A DNA stretch of 64,000 nt from an uncultured delta proteobacterium (GCA_963804955.1 CAWDSQ010000020.1:128001-192000); one strand, 5' to 3'; positions 37,991-49,090 are shown, counted from the stretch's first letter. Made by a program: numbers and translations. The notes: generated from the sequence alone by a model not told the origin.

Positions 37991-40160
37991 TTAATACCCG
38001 GATGCTTTGGGTGAGTTTCCAAGACCTTTAAGGTAGAATTTGTAATTAAATATAGTCTCGGATTTTCTGCCGTTACTAGCGCCACGGGTTTCAATTGATA
38101 ACTGGCTTCCCCAGCACTGTGAAAAATAGTCAAATCCAACCTCTGAGTCAAGCTTGTCATCACGATTGTTATTATAGCGCACGGAAAAAAAGGCGAACAG
38201 CGGCGTCAGCAGTTTGAATCGTCCGCGGAGCCGATACCCTTCGTAACGCTGCCATTCATAGACATAGCCGACGTCAAAGTACTCATCAAACTGATTGCTC
38301 CAGGTCAGTAATGCTTTGTAGTAGCGGAGCCGGTCCTCGGAGTGCATATATGCCGTCTTTGTACGGAAATATAACGATCGGGCAAGATTTATCCGAAGAT
38401 CTGCAAAAACATCGGAATAGCTTTTATCGGGGTCACCCTCAGTATACAATATATCATTGGGATGAATAATATTGTACGATTGACCGATCAGGAAATAGCC
38501 CAGTTCGTCTTCCTCATAGTCCCCTGTTGGCGTGTTGAAGAGGCCTGCAATACGATTTTTGAGATAATAGCCAACGCGGTGAACCCTGTAGAAATTTTCA
38601 GGAACATCGAAATACGGGGTTTCGTCCTGGTCGTCATTGGCGGTATATTGATAGAAAAGCGTCGGTGATATCGTATGCCGCATTTTTTGCAGAACTTTAC
38701 CGTCAATGGAAAAGACGCGGACAAAATCCGCAGACAGCTTTGAATCAACCGTTGGGAAAACGACAGAATCATTGGCCCCGTCATCGTTTTTTAACCCCTG
38801 GTATGATACAGCACGCACACCGACTTCCGTATCAAGCTTCAGCCATCCATCACGACACAGTGGCAGGGAAATCTTAGGATACATATCAAAGCGATTGCCC
38901 TTGGTGCCTTCCTGCCGGTAAAAATAGTCGTATGCCGTATCAAACTGGTAAAAAAGCGGTGAGCTGGCCAGAGGCAGCCGCATGGTAGAGAAGGCAACCT
39001 GAGGCAGAGGTTGTGAAATGGAGCGGTCGGAATTGTTCAAATTTCTATAGTACTCTGTTTTAAGAAGCAGGTTGCTGGATTCCCAGTTCTTGTTGAAAAA
39101 AATGAGTGATTCATCATACGCCTTGGAGCCTATGTTTACTTTATCTTCAATTTCGGTTTTTGAACGCCGAACCTCCTGTCTGTAATCATCATAAAACTCC
39201 CTGTCCGTAACATATGAACCCTGCGCCTTGACATACGCATCCTGATTGAAATAATGTTCACCTTCAAAATTGAGATAACCGCGCTCGCTGCTTTCGGCTC
39301 TGGGGGTCGCTGTATTCGTCGTCAAAATAGTTGCTGCTTTCATCAGCGAAATACCCGTTCACTTTCCCCCAGGAGTCCTCCTTTAGCTTAAATCGGTATT
39401 CGAGGCCGGTTCCAAGGCCTTTTTTTGACGCAGCATCCAGCCATATGGTGGAATCGGTATTTTCTGACATGGCCCAGTAAAAAGAGTTGTTGACTTCAAC
39501 TCCCTTGCGGGATGACTGGGAGATTTCAGGAAACAAAAATCCGCTCTGGCGGGTTGTCTTAACCGGAACAACAGCAAAAGGCAGATAGGCGACCGGGATT
39601 TTTTTTATTCGAAACACACTACCCTCAACCGTTGCGTAGCCGTCTATCGTGACATTAATTTTCTTGGCATCAATGCGCCAGGGAGGAGCCTCTGAATCGC
39701 AGGTCGTAATGGTGCCCTGCTTGATCTCATAGGTATTGGCTCCGAGCTTTGAAATATCCTTACCGGTAATGTGTAAATTGTCCTGCTTAACAAAAAGAAC
39801 CGCATTTTCAACATGGCCCATCTGGGTATCAAGATTAATGTTGAAGGAATCGCAGGACAGAATATCGCCGTTTTCATTCAGCTCAACGTGACCTTTGGCT
39901 TCCGTATCCTTTGTTTCAATATTAATTTTAACATAATCAGCTTTCAGGAGCCGGCTGCCCTGCTCGATTTCAACATTGCCTTTGGCTGTGAGGTTTTCTC
40001 CCTTATTGTCATAGCTGAGCTGTACAGCTTTAATATTGATTGGAAGAGTATCATTATCTGACTTTTCCGGGCCGAAGAGTTTAGTGGCGGCTGCTGCCCC
40101 GCCTGAGGAAATAACCAAAAAAAGAATTGTTGCACAACAATACGCTGCAAGTTTTTTCAT
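37991..40160 (-). CDS. lptD: LPS-assembly protein LptD (one frameshift near 39300)
   Basis: Signal peptide, OstA-like N-terminus (AKGNVEIEQG), TTCDSEAPPW, TRQSGFLFP and a beta-barrel ending SQCWG..FYLKGLG. Confidence 0.88.
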
Positions 40161-40174
40161 TTTTTTTCCTATTT

Positions 40175-41479
40175 TTACAATGCTATACGGCCTGACGCGC
40201 ACGGCGTTTTATTCAAAATTATTTCACGAAGTTCACCAACAAGAAAAAGTGATCCGGTTATGAAAACGAGATCATTTTCGCCGGCAAGACTTAGAGCTTT
40301 TTTATAGGCCAGGACTGAGTTTTCAAACCAAAATACCCTTTTCCTGTCAGAAAAGCTAATAAATTTTTCGATTGTTTCCCTGCCGGCAGCACGGTCGATT
40401 TTCGGTCTGCACACTATAATTGCATAGGCATCGGTAGTCAAGATTTTAAGCATTGTATCGATAGCTTTGTCTTCCATCGCGCCAAGGATAAAAATGCGCT
40501 TTTTATATTTCGGGTAGACGGAAAGTGCTTTTTTAAGCATTCGCCAACCCTCCGGATTATGAGCGCCATCTGCTATTACAACAGGGCATGTCCGGAGCTG
40601 TTCCAGTCTACCTGGCCATTGAACATTTTCGATACCGGCGCGAAGATCTGTATCATCGAATCGATACCCGTGTGAGCGCATAGACAGCGCACCGGCAATG
40701 GCAAGTGCGGCATTGCTCAGCTGATGATCGCCCGATAGGCCGCAGTGCATATTTTTCAGGCTAGTATGCAGCCCCGTAAAACTGAATATGTCCCGTGCGT
40801 GTTTAACAACCTTAAAATCCCTGCCCTTCATCAGCAAAGGTGCGCCTGCATCGTGGCAGCTCCTGATGAATAGCTTCTTTGCAACAGAGCTGCGCACAGC
40901 GCACACCAGCGGTATGCCCGGTTTGATGATTCCGGCCTTTTCACGGGCAATAGCTTCGATGGATTTCCCGAGATATTTTTCATGTTCCATGCTTATTGAA
41001 GTAATGATCGAGAGCCGGGGAGCAATACTGTTCGTGGCATCATATCTACCCCCCATTCCTGTTTCAATAATGACAGGATCGGCCTGACGGAGTTTGAAAT
41101 AATAAAACGCCATGGCTGTAGTGAATTCGAAAAACGTGACAGTATGCAATCCATTATTTTCGCAGATTTTTTTGATTTCAGCGGTAAGCTCAGACACAGC
41201 TTTGCGCGGTATGCAGGCATCATTAATTCTGATGCGTTCGGTGTAATCAATAAGGTGCGGCGAGGTGTACAGCCCTGCTTTATATCCGGCATGTTTGAAA
41301 ATTGACTGGAGAAAAGCGCAGGTTGATCCTTTGCCATTCGTGCCTGCAACATGAATGCAGTTGAGCGATCTATGCGGATTATCCAGCAGCGACAGGAGTT
41401 TAGTAATATTCGCAAGCCCGAGCTTTATGCCGAATTTCTGCAGGCTGAACAAATAGTCAATTGCATGGTTATAAAGCAT
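40175..41479 (-). CDS. folC: Folylpolyglutamate synthase/dihydrofolate synthase
   Basis: HVAGTNGKGS, YTSPHL..ERI, ETGMGGRYDATN, WPGRLE, DGAHN and TGSLFLVG motifs. Confidence 0.96.
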   Translation of the reverse strand: MLYNHAIDYLFSLQKFGIKLGLANITKLLSLLDNPHRSLNCIHVAGTNGKGSTCAFLQSIFKHAGYKAGLYTSPHLIDYTERIRINDACIPRKAVSELTAEIKKICENNGLHTVTFFEFTTAMAFYYFKLRQADPVIIETGMGGRYDATNSIAPRLSIITSISMEHEKYLGKSIEAIAREKAGIIKPGIPLVCAVRSSVAKKLFIRSCHDAGAPLLMKGRDFKVVKHARDIFSFTGLHTSLKNMHCGLSGDHQLSNAALAIAGALSMRSHGYRFDDTDLRAGIENVQWPGRLEQLRTCPVVIADGAHNPEGWRMLKKALSVYPKYKKRIFILGAMEDKAIDTMLKILTTDAYAIIVCRPKIDRAAGRETIEKFISFSDRKRVFWFENSVLAYKKALSLAGENDLVFITGSLFLVGELREIILNKTPCASGRIAL

Positions 41480-41515
41480 AGGTGTAGCGCACTAGAATTA
41501 TACGGGCTATTTCAC

Positions 41516-41560
41516 AAAAAAAAACAGGGCAATCCTTGAGTATCGTCAGCGATTACCCTG
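41516..41560 (-). terminator. Intrinsic terminator downstream of trxA
   Basis: Minus strand CAGGGTAATC...GATTGCCCTG stem followed by T9. Confidence 0.65.
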
Positions 41561-41708
41561 CATCTACTCAGACAGACTCAACACAGCAGCGTGCAACAGC
41601 AATTGCATTCAAGTCAGGGGGTATTGTCTTCTGAGACACAATCGCCACAGGCGATGGCACTCAGAAGAGGGCAGCTAAAGCACAGCATATTTTTTGACTT
41701 TACAGCCG

Positions 41709-42032
41709 TCAAACCACTTGCGCCAGCTTGTTTTTCAGTGCTTCTTTCGATTGAACGCCGACTATCTGTTCAACTATAGCGCCGTTTTTAAAAAGAATCA
41801 GCGTCGGAATGCCGCGAATGCCGTAACGCTCTGCGATAGCGGGATTATTATCAACATTCAGTTTTCCCACTTTCGCCTGGCCTTTGAACTCGCCTGCAAG
41901 TTCATCAATAATCGGAGCAAGCATACGGCATGGTCCGCACCATTCGGCCCAAAAGTCAACAAGTACGGGCACTGCAGACTTGAGAACTTCAGTATCAAAA
42001 TTAGCTTCAGTCAGGGTTGTTTCGTCACTCAT
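41709..42032 (-). CDS. trxA: Thioredoxin
   Basis: [11 protein letters not shown] and GIRGIPTL motifs. Confidence 0.97.
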   Translation of the reverse strand: MSDETTLTEANFDTEVLKSAVPVLVDFWAEWCGPCRMLAPIIDELAGEFKGQAKVGKLNVDNNPAIAERYGIRGIPTLILFKNGAIVEQIVGVQSKEALKNKLAQVV

Positions 42033-42232
42033 AATGGCCTCCTTAAAAACGTTTGAGGTTCAGGTTTTTGAGTTTCAATGTATGGCACAATCAAAAGTTA
42101 AAATCCAGAATAAAGTAGAAAATGCAGGCCATAATGCCATATTGTCAGTTACTATTGGCTTGACTTTTTTTATGCCGTCGATAAGATGTTTTTTGTTCAA
42201 TACCTACTATTTTAATTAAGGAGATAGAAGAA

Positions 42233-43414
42233 ATGAAGAAAGCTGTGATCGTTAGCGCTGCAAGAACCCCGGTCGGAAAATTTGGTGGAACCCTCAAGGA
42301 CATGCCGGCATATAAGCTCGGCTCGCTTGTAATCAGGGAAGTTATTCAGCGTGCAGCCATCAAGCCGGAACAGGTAGATGAGCTTATTTTCGGCCATGTT
42401 TTGACAACCGCTCAGGGCCAGAATCCAGCACGCCAGGCATTGTTAGATGCAGGCATTCCAAAGGAAGTGCCCGCTTTTACTATTAATAAAGTATGCGCGT
42501 CCGGCCTTAAATCCGTTGCGCTGGCCGCGCAGAGCATACGGGCTGGCGACAATGAGATTGTTATTGCTGGCGGCCAGGAAAATATGAGCGCGACCCCCTA
42601 TGCGATACCGTCTGCACGCTGGGGCGCGCGTATGAACAATGCCCAGCTCATCGACTGCATGGTCTATGATGGCGTATGGGAAAAGTCCAACGACTATCAC
42701 ATGGGCATGACAGCGGAAAATATCGCTGAAAAATACAATATCTCGCGGGAAGAACAGGATCAATTTTCACTGCAAAGTGAAAACAAGTCCGAAAAAGCCA
42801 TTAAGAGTGGCCTGTTTAAGGACGAAATTGTCCCGGTTACAATTCCCCAGCGAAAAGGAGACCCTTTAATTTTCGATACCGATGAATATCCGTCCCTGGG
42901 CACAACGATTGAAAAACTTGCCAAGCTGTCACCCGCCTTCAAAAAGAACGGCGGAACAGTGACCGCAGGTAATGCATCAGGTATTAACGATGGTGCAGCA
43001 GCCTTTGTAGTCATGTCGGAAGAGAAAGCCAAAGAGCTCGGCAAAACAATCATGGGCACGGTTATTTCTTATGCATCGGGTGGTGTTGACCCTGCTTTTA
43101 TGGGCATGGGGCCGATTCCTGCGGTGAAAAAAGCTCTCGAAAAGGCGGGCCTGAAAGTGGGCGATATCGATTACTGGGAACTGAATGAAGCATTTGCTTC
43201 ACAGGCCATTATCTGCATAAAAGAACTCGGAATCGATCCGGCAAAAGTAAACCATAACGGAGGAGCTATTTCTATCGGCCATCCGATTGGCGCAAGTGGT
43301 GCTCGCATTCTAACAACAATGCTCTATCAAATGAAGCGCATCGATGCGAAGTTGGGCGTTGCCTCGCTGTGTATCGGAGGCGGAATGGGACATGCATTGA
43401 TTATCCAGCGCTAA
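42233..43414 (+). CDS. atoB: Acetyl-CoA C-acetyltransferase (thiolase)
   Basis: [38 protein letters not shown] and SLCIGGG motifs. Confidence 0.93.
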   Translation: MKKAVIVSAARTPVGKFGGTLKDMPAYKLGSLVIREVIQRAAIKPEQVDELIFGHVLTTAQGQNPARQALLDAGIPKEVPAFTINKVCASGLKSVALAAQSIRAGDNEIVIAGGQENMSATPYAIPSARWGARMNNAQLIDCMVYDGVWEKSNDYHMGMTAENIAEKYNISREEQDQFSLQSENKSEKAIKSGLFKDEIVPVTIPQRKGDPLIFDTDEYPSLGTTIEKLAKLSPAFKKNGGTVTAGNASGINDGAAAFVVMSEEKAKELGKTIMGTVISYASGGVDPAFMGMGPIPAVKKALEKAGLKVGDIDYWELNEAFASQAIICIKELGIDPAKVNHNGGAISIGHPIGASGARILTTMLYQMKRIDAKLGVASLCIGGGMGHALIIQR

Positions 43415-43430
43415 CATACACTTAAACATG

Positions 43431-43472
43431 AATAAGCCCTGAATATTATCACACTATTCAGGGCTTATTTTT
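43431..43472 (+). terminator. Intrinsic terminator after thiolase
   Basis: Perfect 15-bp stem AATAAGCCCTGAATA / TATTCAGGGCTTATT plus T tract. Confidence 0.75.
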
Positions 43473-43563
43473 ATATTTATGCAATAATTTTTATTTAATT
43501 ATTAATAATTTTTTTTCATTCCATCCTTCACACCTCGCTGCTTGCAGCCTGCTTTTGGGTATT

Positions 43564-43597
43564 TATTTAATAAATATAATGCAATATTTATTAAATA
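43564..43597. promoter_or_regulatory. Perfect 14-bp AT-only inverted repeat upstream of ftsB-pilM
   Basis: TATTTAATAAATAT-aatgca-ATATTTATTAAATA. Confidence 0.35.
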
Positions 43598-43705
43598 TTT
43601 TTTTTAAACTCTAATAAGCTTTATGTATTTGGAAAAAGTCCGAAAACAATAATAAATCAAAAATAATTTTTTAAAAAAAAACTCAACATAAAATTCCTTT
43701 TGCCG

Positions 43706-43987
43706 ATGAAAAGATTTGTCATAAACACGTTCTTTATTTTGCTTCTTGTGCTTGTCATAGCATTGACTATTTCAGGCAAACGAGGCTTTTTGCACATGGT
43801 TGGTTTGCAGGAAGAGCTTCATGAAATAGATAAAAATAATAGTAAATTAAAGAAGGAAAATGAAAAATTGAAGTTGGAAATAATAAATTTAAAAAATAAT
43901 TTGCGTTATCTGGAAGAAATTTCCAGAAATGAATTGGGACTTGCACGGGAAGATGAACTCATTTATAGGCCGGAAAAAAAGAAATAG
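43706..43987 (+). CDS. ftsB: Septum formation initiator (FtsB/DivIC family)
   Basis: N-terminal TM, coiled coil, and the signature EEISRNELGLAREDELIY. Confidence 0.8.
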   Translation: MKRFVINTFFILLLVLVIALTISGKRGFLHMVGLQEELHEIDKNNSKLKKENEKLKLEIINLKNNLRYLEEISRNELGLAREDELIYRPEKKK

Positions 43988-44010
43988 TTAATAAAATTTA
44001 TGAGGATACC

Positions 44011-45066
44011 ATGTTAAGCCTTTTTGCAGAAAAAAATTTAATCGGCCTAGATATTGGAACCAGTACGGTTAAGGTAGTAGAAATTGAGGAAAACAAGGGT
44101 AAATATACGCTAAAAAATATCGGGGTAGCAAAAATCCCCAGAGAAACAATCAATAATGGTGTAATTATTAATGCTGACCCCCTCGTTCAGACAATTAAAT
44201 CACTTTTTTCCTCCCTTAAAATTTCAAATAAAAATGCAGCTGTCTCAGTATCCGGGAACAATGTAATTATTAAAAAAATAAACCTTCCCATAATGACTGA
44301 AGATGAACTTGAGCCGTTAATTGAGAGTGAGGCTGAACAGTTTATTCCTTTTGATCTGGATGAAGTGAATATAGATTTTCAAATACTCGGTGTGAGTGAA
44401 GAAAATCCGGATAAAATGGATGTCATGCTTGTGGCTGCAAAGAAAGCAAATGTTCAGGATTATCTTGATGCACTCTCTGCAGCAAGCATCAAGACTAAAA
44501 TAATAGATATTGATGTTTTTGCAATGGAAAATATGTTTAATATTAATTACACTCATGATACAGAAGATATTTGTGCTTTGGTTGATATCGGAGCCACTAT
44601 TACCAATATAAATATAATAAAAGATAATTCTTCTATATTTAATAGAGACGCCCCTATGGGCGGGAATTTAATCACTGAGGAAATACAAAAGGAGCTTTTT
44701 GTGAGCTTCGAAGAGGCCGAACTGCTGAAAACCGGAGAGATTATAGAAGGTGTCGACAGGGATCTTTTAGAACAAACGATCAGAAAAACAGTTACTTCAA
44801 TAGCACGAGAAATACAGCGCACAATTGAATTTTTTGCCGGACAGTCGCTTGTTGAGATAAGTCATATTTACTTGAGTGGGGGGACAGCAAAAATACACAG
44901 CCTTAAAGATATATTACAAGAAAAAATTACAGCCCAGGTACAGATTATAGATCCGTTTCAATCAGTAAAATATGATAAGAAAGTTTTTGATGCGGACTAC
45001 CTGCAAGAGATTGCACCAATTGCTGCAATCGGTGTGGGTTTGGCTTTAAGAAAATTAGGGGACTGA
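44011..45066 (+). CDS. pilM: Type IV pilus assembly protein PilM
   Basis: IGLDIGTSTVK, EAEQFIPF, VMLVAAK, LVDIGA, LSGGTA and VGLALR motifs. Confidence 0.95.
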   Translation: MLSLFAEKNLIGLDIGTSTVKVVEIEENKGKYTLKNIGVAKIPRETINNGVIINADPLVQTIKSLFSSLKISNKNAAVSVSGNNVIIKKINLPIMTEDELEPLIESEAEQFIPFDLDEVNIDFQILGVSEENPDKMDVMLVAAKKANVQDYLDALSAASIKTKIIDIDVFAMENMFNINYTHDTEDICALVDIGATITNINIIKDNSSIFNRDAPMGGNLITEEIQKELFVSFEEAELLKTGEIIEGVDRDLLEQTIRKTVTSIAREIQRTIEFFAGQSLVEISHIYLSGGTAKIHSLKDILQEKITAQVQIIDPFQSVKYDKKVFDADYLQEIAPIAAIGVGLALRKLGD

Positions 45067-45072
45067 TAGACG

Positions 45073-45648
45073 ATGATTAAAATTAATTTAATACCCTATC
45101 GAACCGAACGAAAGAATGAAATAATTATGCGCCAGGCAATTGCCGGCGCGGTGCCTATTGTTCTGCTGATCATCATAATGGCTGTTGTATGGCTTATAAA
45201 CAGTTCACAAATCAGCGCACAAGAAGATGAAATAGTGCAAATTAAAACTAAAATTGAAGCCTGTACACTGCAAATGAAGGAGATTGATTCCTTTAAAAGC
45301 AAAAAGGAAGTTCTTACAAAAAAAATGGATGTAATTACCAATCTTACAAAAGGCAAAGATGGCCCCGTACATTTAATGGACGAACTGGCTATGGCAGTTC
45401 CAGGCAATCTATGGCTTACAGCTATCAAGCAGAAGGGGGCCGATCTTATACTGGAGGGAAAAGCGATTGATAATATTGCGGTATCCAATTACATGATCAA
45501 TTTGGAAAAATCACTCTATATCAGCAATGTTGATCTCAAATCTATTACCATGGAAGCAGCTGGTAAGGCTAAGACGGGAAAAAATGCTCCTCTTAAACTA
45601 TTTATTATTACCTGCAAAACATCAAATACACCTGAGAAGACAGGTTGA
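45073..45648 (+). CDS. pilN: Type IV pilus assembly protein PilN
   Basis: MIKINLIP, TM, coiled coil and VPGNLWL. Confidence 0.92.
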   Translation: MIKINLIPYRTERKNEIIMRQAIAGAVPIVLLIIIMAVVWLINSSQISAQEDEIVQIKTKIEACTLQMKEIDSFKSKKEVLTKKMDVITNLTKGKDGPVHLMDELAMAVPGNLWLTAIKQKGADLILEGKAIDNIAVSNYMINLEKSLYISNVDLKSITMEAAGKAKTGKNAPLKLFIITCKTSNTPEKTG

Positions 45649-45656
45649 GGCCTATT

Positions 45657-46292
45657 ATGCCAAACACAGCTCTCAATAAAATAATTAAACTGCCTAATTC
45701 ACAAAAAATCGTTATGCTCTTATTACTGCTGGCTGCGATGATTGCAGGCTTTGTGTATTATGTTTTTATTCCTCAGAGAGATTATTATAAAAGCCTAAAA
45801 GAAGAGATGCTCAAGCTCCAGACAAAATATAATGAGCAGCAAAGCATACTTGCAAATTTACCAAGATTTCAGCAGGAATTAAAAATGCTTCAGTCGGCTT
45901 TTGAAGATGCTCTCAAAATGCTGCCCAATGCCCGGGAAATTCCAAATCTTATTACAAGTATTTCAACGAACGCACAGGAAGCAGGCCTTGAGATAATTTT
46001 GTTTCAACCAAAGCCCGAAGTTTCAATGGATTTTTATGCTCAGATACCTGTTCAAATGAAAGTAACAGGCAGATATCCTCAAATAGGGGTATTCTTTGAT
46101 AAACTTTCAAAATTGCCCAGGATCATTAATATTGAAGATTTGCAAATTTTAAGAAAACAGACAAAACAAACAAAAAGTACCGCATCAATAGTGCTTGAGG
46201 GATCTTTTAATGCGACGACATTTAAATTCATAGAAAAAACAGGGGAACCTGATGCTGGAAAAAAACTTAAAAAAGACAAAAAGAAGAAGTAA
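45657..46292 (+). CDS. pilO: Type IV pilus assembly protein PilO
   Basis: TM, coiled coil, LPNAREIPNL, FYAQIPV and LPRIINI. Confidence 0.92.
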   Translation: MPNTALNKIIKLPNSQKIVMLLLLLAAMIAGFVYYVFIPQRDYYKSLKEEMLKLQTKYNEQQSILANLPRFQQELKMLQSAFEDALKMLPNAREIPNLITSISTNAQEAGLEIILFQPKPEVSMDFYAQIPVQMKVTGRYPQIGVFFDKLSKLPRIINIEDLQILRKQTKQTKSTASIVLEGSFNATTFKFIEKTGEPDAGKKLKKDKKKK

Positions 46293-46839
46293 TTTATTTG
46301 CAGGTTTCTTGTTTTTTATTGCTTCAACGGCCATGCTTTGCCTGATTGCCTGCTCAGATAAAGCTCAGGAATCTGCACCACCTCCTTCTAAAACAAAGAA
46401 GGAAATCAGCAAAAAAGGTGCTGAAAAAGAAATCAAGACACAAGTAATGGCTCAGACTACGCAGTCTGTAAAAGAATTTTATACGTACAATCCCAACGGG
46501 AAAGTGGACCCCTTTGTCCCAATGATATCTGAAGCACCAGAGGAAATTCCGCAAAAAACCGAGTCTAAAGCATCTGATATCCCTATTACGCCACTGCAAA
46601 AACTTGATGTTGATGATTTTAACCTTGTTGCAGTCATAGCAACTCCAACCGGGTTTTGCGCACTGCTTGAGGACCCGGCCATGAACGGCTATAAAGTTAC
46701 AGAAGGAATGCAAATTGGAAGAAAATCAGGTGTTATAAAAAAAATATTACACAATAGTGTTATAGTTGAAGAAAATAAAGAAATAGATCAGAAAAATAAT
46801 GAAAAAAAAATAAATACTTTAACTCTAAGAAAAAAATAG
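46252..46839 (+). CDS. pilP: Type IV pilus lipoprotein PilP
   Basis: Lipobox LIA-C, YNPNGKVDPF, PLQKLDV and ALLEDP..GMQIG. Confidence 0.88.
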   Translation: MLEKNLKKTKRRSNLFAGFLFFIASTAMLCLIACSDKAQESAPPPSKTKKEISKKGAEKEIKTQVMAQTTQSVKEFYTYNPNGKVDPFVPMISEAPEEIPQKTESKASDIPITPLQKLDVDDFNLVAVIATPTGFCALLEDPAMNGYKVTEGMQIGRKSGVIKKILHNSVIVEENKEIDQKNNEKKINTLTLRKK

Positions 46840-46851
46840 GTTGAGGTCAGC

Positions 46852-49068
46852 ATGAAATACAATATTGGTTCCCACTACATTTATATTTTTATTTTAATTC
46901 TAGTACTCACTCTTGGCTGCTCATCCAAAAAAGATATTATGGACGAGCAGGCCCCTCCAATTTCTTCTCAGGAAATTGGAGGTGACAACGGATCTGCAAC
47001 CCAGCCCGAAATCCAGGCGTCATTGCAGAATAAAATTACTGATATCCGTGTGTCTGAGGGTAAGGAAGGCACCGATATCATTATCAATGCTACAAAAAAA
47101 CCCAACTATACGCATTTCAAATTATCAAAGCCTGATCGCATAATAATCGACATACCAGATATCTCCAATGATGAGCCCATAAAGGAGTTCAGCCCTGAGA
47201 GTGGCTTGGTCAGCTCTATTAGAACATCTTTGATAACTGATAAAGATCTGAAGTATCTGCGGGTCGAAATTGTCTTGAAAAGCCTGGTAACCTATGCCGC
47301 TCAAAGTGATGACAGCACTATAGTAGTGAATATCAGAAAAAACCGCTCAAATCAGAATGTTATAGCGGATCAGCCCGCTTCAGCATCAGCAGTTGCGCTG
47401 CTTTTGGATGCAAATAATGAAAATGTCGGAGAAAGCAATTTAATCAGGCTGCAGCTGCAAAATTCGATTCCGCGATTTACCTCATACAAACTGGTCAACC
47501 CTGCGCGGCTTGTTGTGGAATTGGAAAACGCGCGCAACAAAATAATTCCTGGATATGTCAATATAAATGAAAATCAATTGAAGAAAATAAGAATTGGCCA
47601 AAGAGAAAATAATTTAAAAATTGTTTTTGACATTCAGGGCCATTCAGTTCCCGAGTATGAAATTCGACAGTCTGATCTTTATTTATTAGTTGCTCTTGGA
47701 CCAGAGGCAATTGAAGCTGGCAGAAAAAACGCAAAAATGCCTGCAGCAGAAAAAATTGAGCCGGCAGCGGAGCCCGCTGCAATGGCAAAAACAGCTCCTG
47801 AATCCAGAAAGCCGGCAATTGGTGAGACTGTTTATACCGGTGAAAAAATATCGCTTGATTTCAAGGATGCGGATTTAAAAAATGTGCTGCGTTTGCTGGG
47901 GGATATTGGCGGAATCAATATGACGATTGGCGAAAGAGTTGCCGGCAAAGTAACTTTAAAGCTTGAAAATATTCCCTGTGATGAAGCTTTAGATATCGTC
48001 CTTATAAATAACGGCCTCGATAAAACCGTCACCTCGCAATATACCCGCATAGATCTGGTTGAACAAATCAAAAAATTCAATGATGATCGATCGCAGGCCA
48101 AGAGATCTCATGAGCAGGCAGAAGACACGATTATTAAAACGTTCCCCATAAGCTATGCTCAGGCGAGCAATCTTTCCGCTTTTATAAAGCAGATGAATGT
48201 ACTGACGCCAAACAGGGGCAGCGTCAATTTTTTCGAGCTTACCAATAAATTAACGGTTTCCGATATTCCTTCCGTTGTCGCAAAAATCGAAAAGATAATA
48301 GATGAACAGGATATACCAACCAGGCAGGTCATGATCGAGAGCAGGGTCGTTCAGTCTGCGCCGAGCTTTGTAAGAGATTTGGGTATTGCCTGGGGCGGTA
48401 CGTACAATGGACATGGCGGCAATGCCGATATACCGATTACAGGCGCTGCCGGCGGAGGCAACGTTGTGAATTTGCTTGGCGTTGCGAATGGTGCAATCAA
48501 TGTCGGCTATATTGTTGCCGACAAATACGCTCTCGATGCCACGCTCACGGCCGCAGAGAATGATGATAAGCTGAAAATTCTCTCTAACCCGCGCCTGCTT
48601 ACGCTTGATAATAAAGAAGCTTCCATTAAGCAGGGCGTTCAGCTGCCATATCTGAAATTGAATGAAAACGGCGTCACATCAACAGAGTTCAAGGATGCGG
48701 TCCTTGAAATGAAAGTGAAGCCGAAAATAACATCGGCCGATACCATAGCAATAAACGTTGATGTCAAAAAAGATCAGAAATCAGCTCAAACAGGGACCGG
48801 TAATGAGCCCGGTATTGATGTTCGTCAAATAAAAACAGACCTGCTTGTTGAAAGCGGCAAAACTGTTGTCATAGGAGGTATCTATGAAACAACAAAATCC
48901 AAAAACATAAAAAAGGTTCCTTTTTTCGGCGATCTCCCCATCATTGGCTGGGCTTTCAGGAGTGTACGGGAGGAAGATACTCTGACGGAAATGCTTGTTT
49001 TTATAACGGTCACCGTTGTTGATTCGCCAAAAAAAGCTACAGTAGATGTCATTGATAAAAAAGGGTAA
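46852..49068 (+). CDS. pilQ: Type IV pilus secretin PilQ (lipoprotein signal, two AMIN domains)
   Basis: TLG-C lipobox; AMIN-like FKLSKPDRIIIDIP and YKLVNPARLVVE; YTGEKISLDFKDAD, QVMIESRVV and KVPFFGDLPIIGWAF. Confidence 0.95.
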   Translation: MKYNIGSHYIYIFILILVLTLGCSSKKDIMDEQAPPISSQEIGGDNGSATQPEIQASLQNKITDIRVSEGKEGTDIIINATKKPNYTHFKLSKPDRIIIDIPDISNDEPIKEFSPESGLVSSIRTSLITDKDLKYLRVEIVLKSLVTYAAQSDDSTIVVNIRKNRSNQNVIADQPASASAVALLLDANNENVGESNLIRLQLQNSIPRFTSYKLVNPARLVVELENARNKIIPGYVNINENQLKKIRIGQRENNLKIVFDIQGHSVPEYEIRQSDLYLLVALGPEAIEAGRKNAKMPAAEKIEPAAEPAAMAKTAPESRKPAIGETVYTGEKISLDFKDADLKNVLRLLGDIGGINMTIGERVAGKVTLKLENIPCDEALDIVLINNGLDKTVTSQYTRIDLVEQIKKFNDDRSQAKRSHEQAEDTIIKTFPISYAQASNLSAFIKQMNVLTPNRGSVNFFELTNKLTVSDIPSVVAKIEKIIDEQDIPTRQVMIESRVVQSAPSFVRDLGIAWGGTYNGHGGNADIPITGAAGGGNVVNLLGVANGAINVGYIVADKYALDATLTAAENDDKLKILSNPRLLTLDNKEASIKQGVQLPYLKLNENGVTSTEFKDAVLEMKVKPKITSADTIAINVDVKKDQKSAQTGTGNEPGIDVRQIKTDLLVESGKTVVIGGIYETTKSKNIKKVPFFGDLPIIGWAFRSVREEDTLTEMLVFITVTVVDSPKKATVDVIDKKG

Positions 49069-49090
49069 ATTATATATTTTGGAGGCTACA

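Noticed and set aside
41540..41575. THF riboswitch upstream of folC (minus strand has GAGTAGATG)
   Set aside because: Only that short string matches; the other conserved THF elements and pairings are absent.
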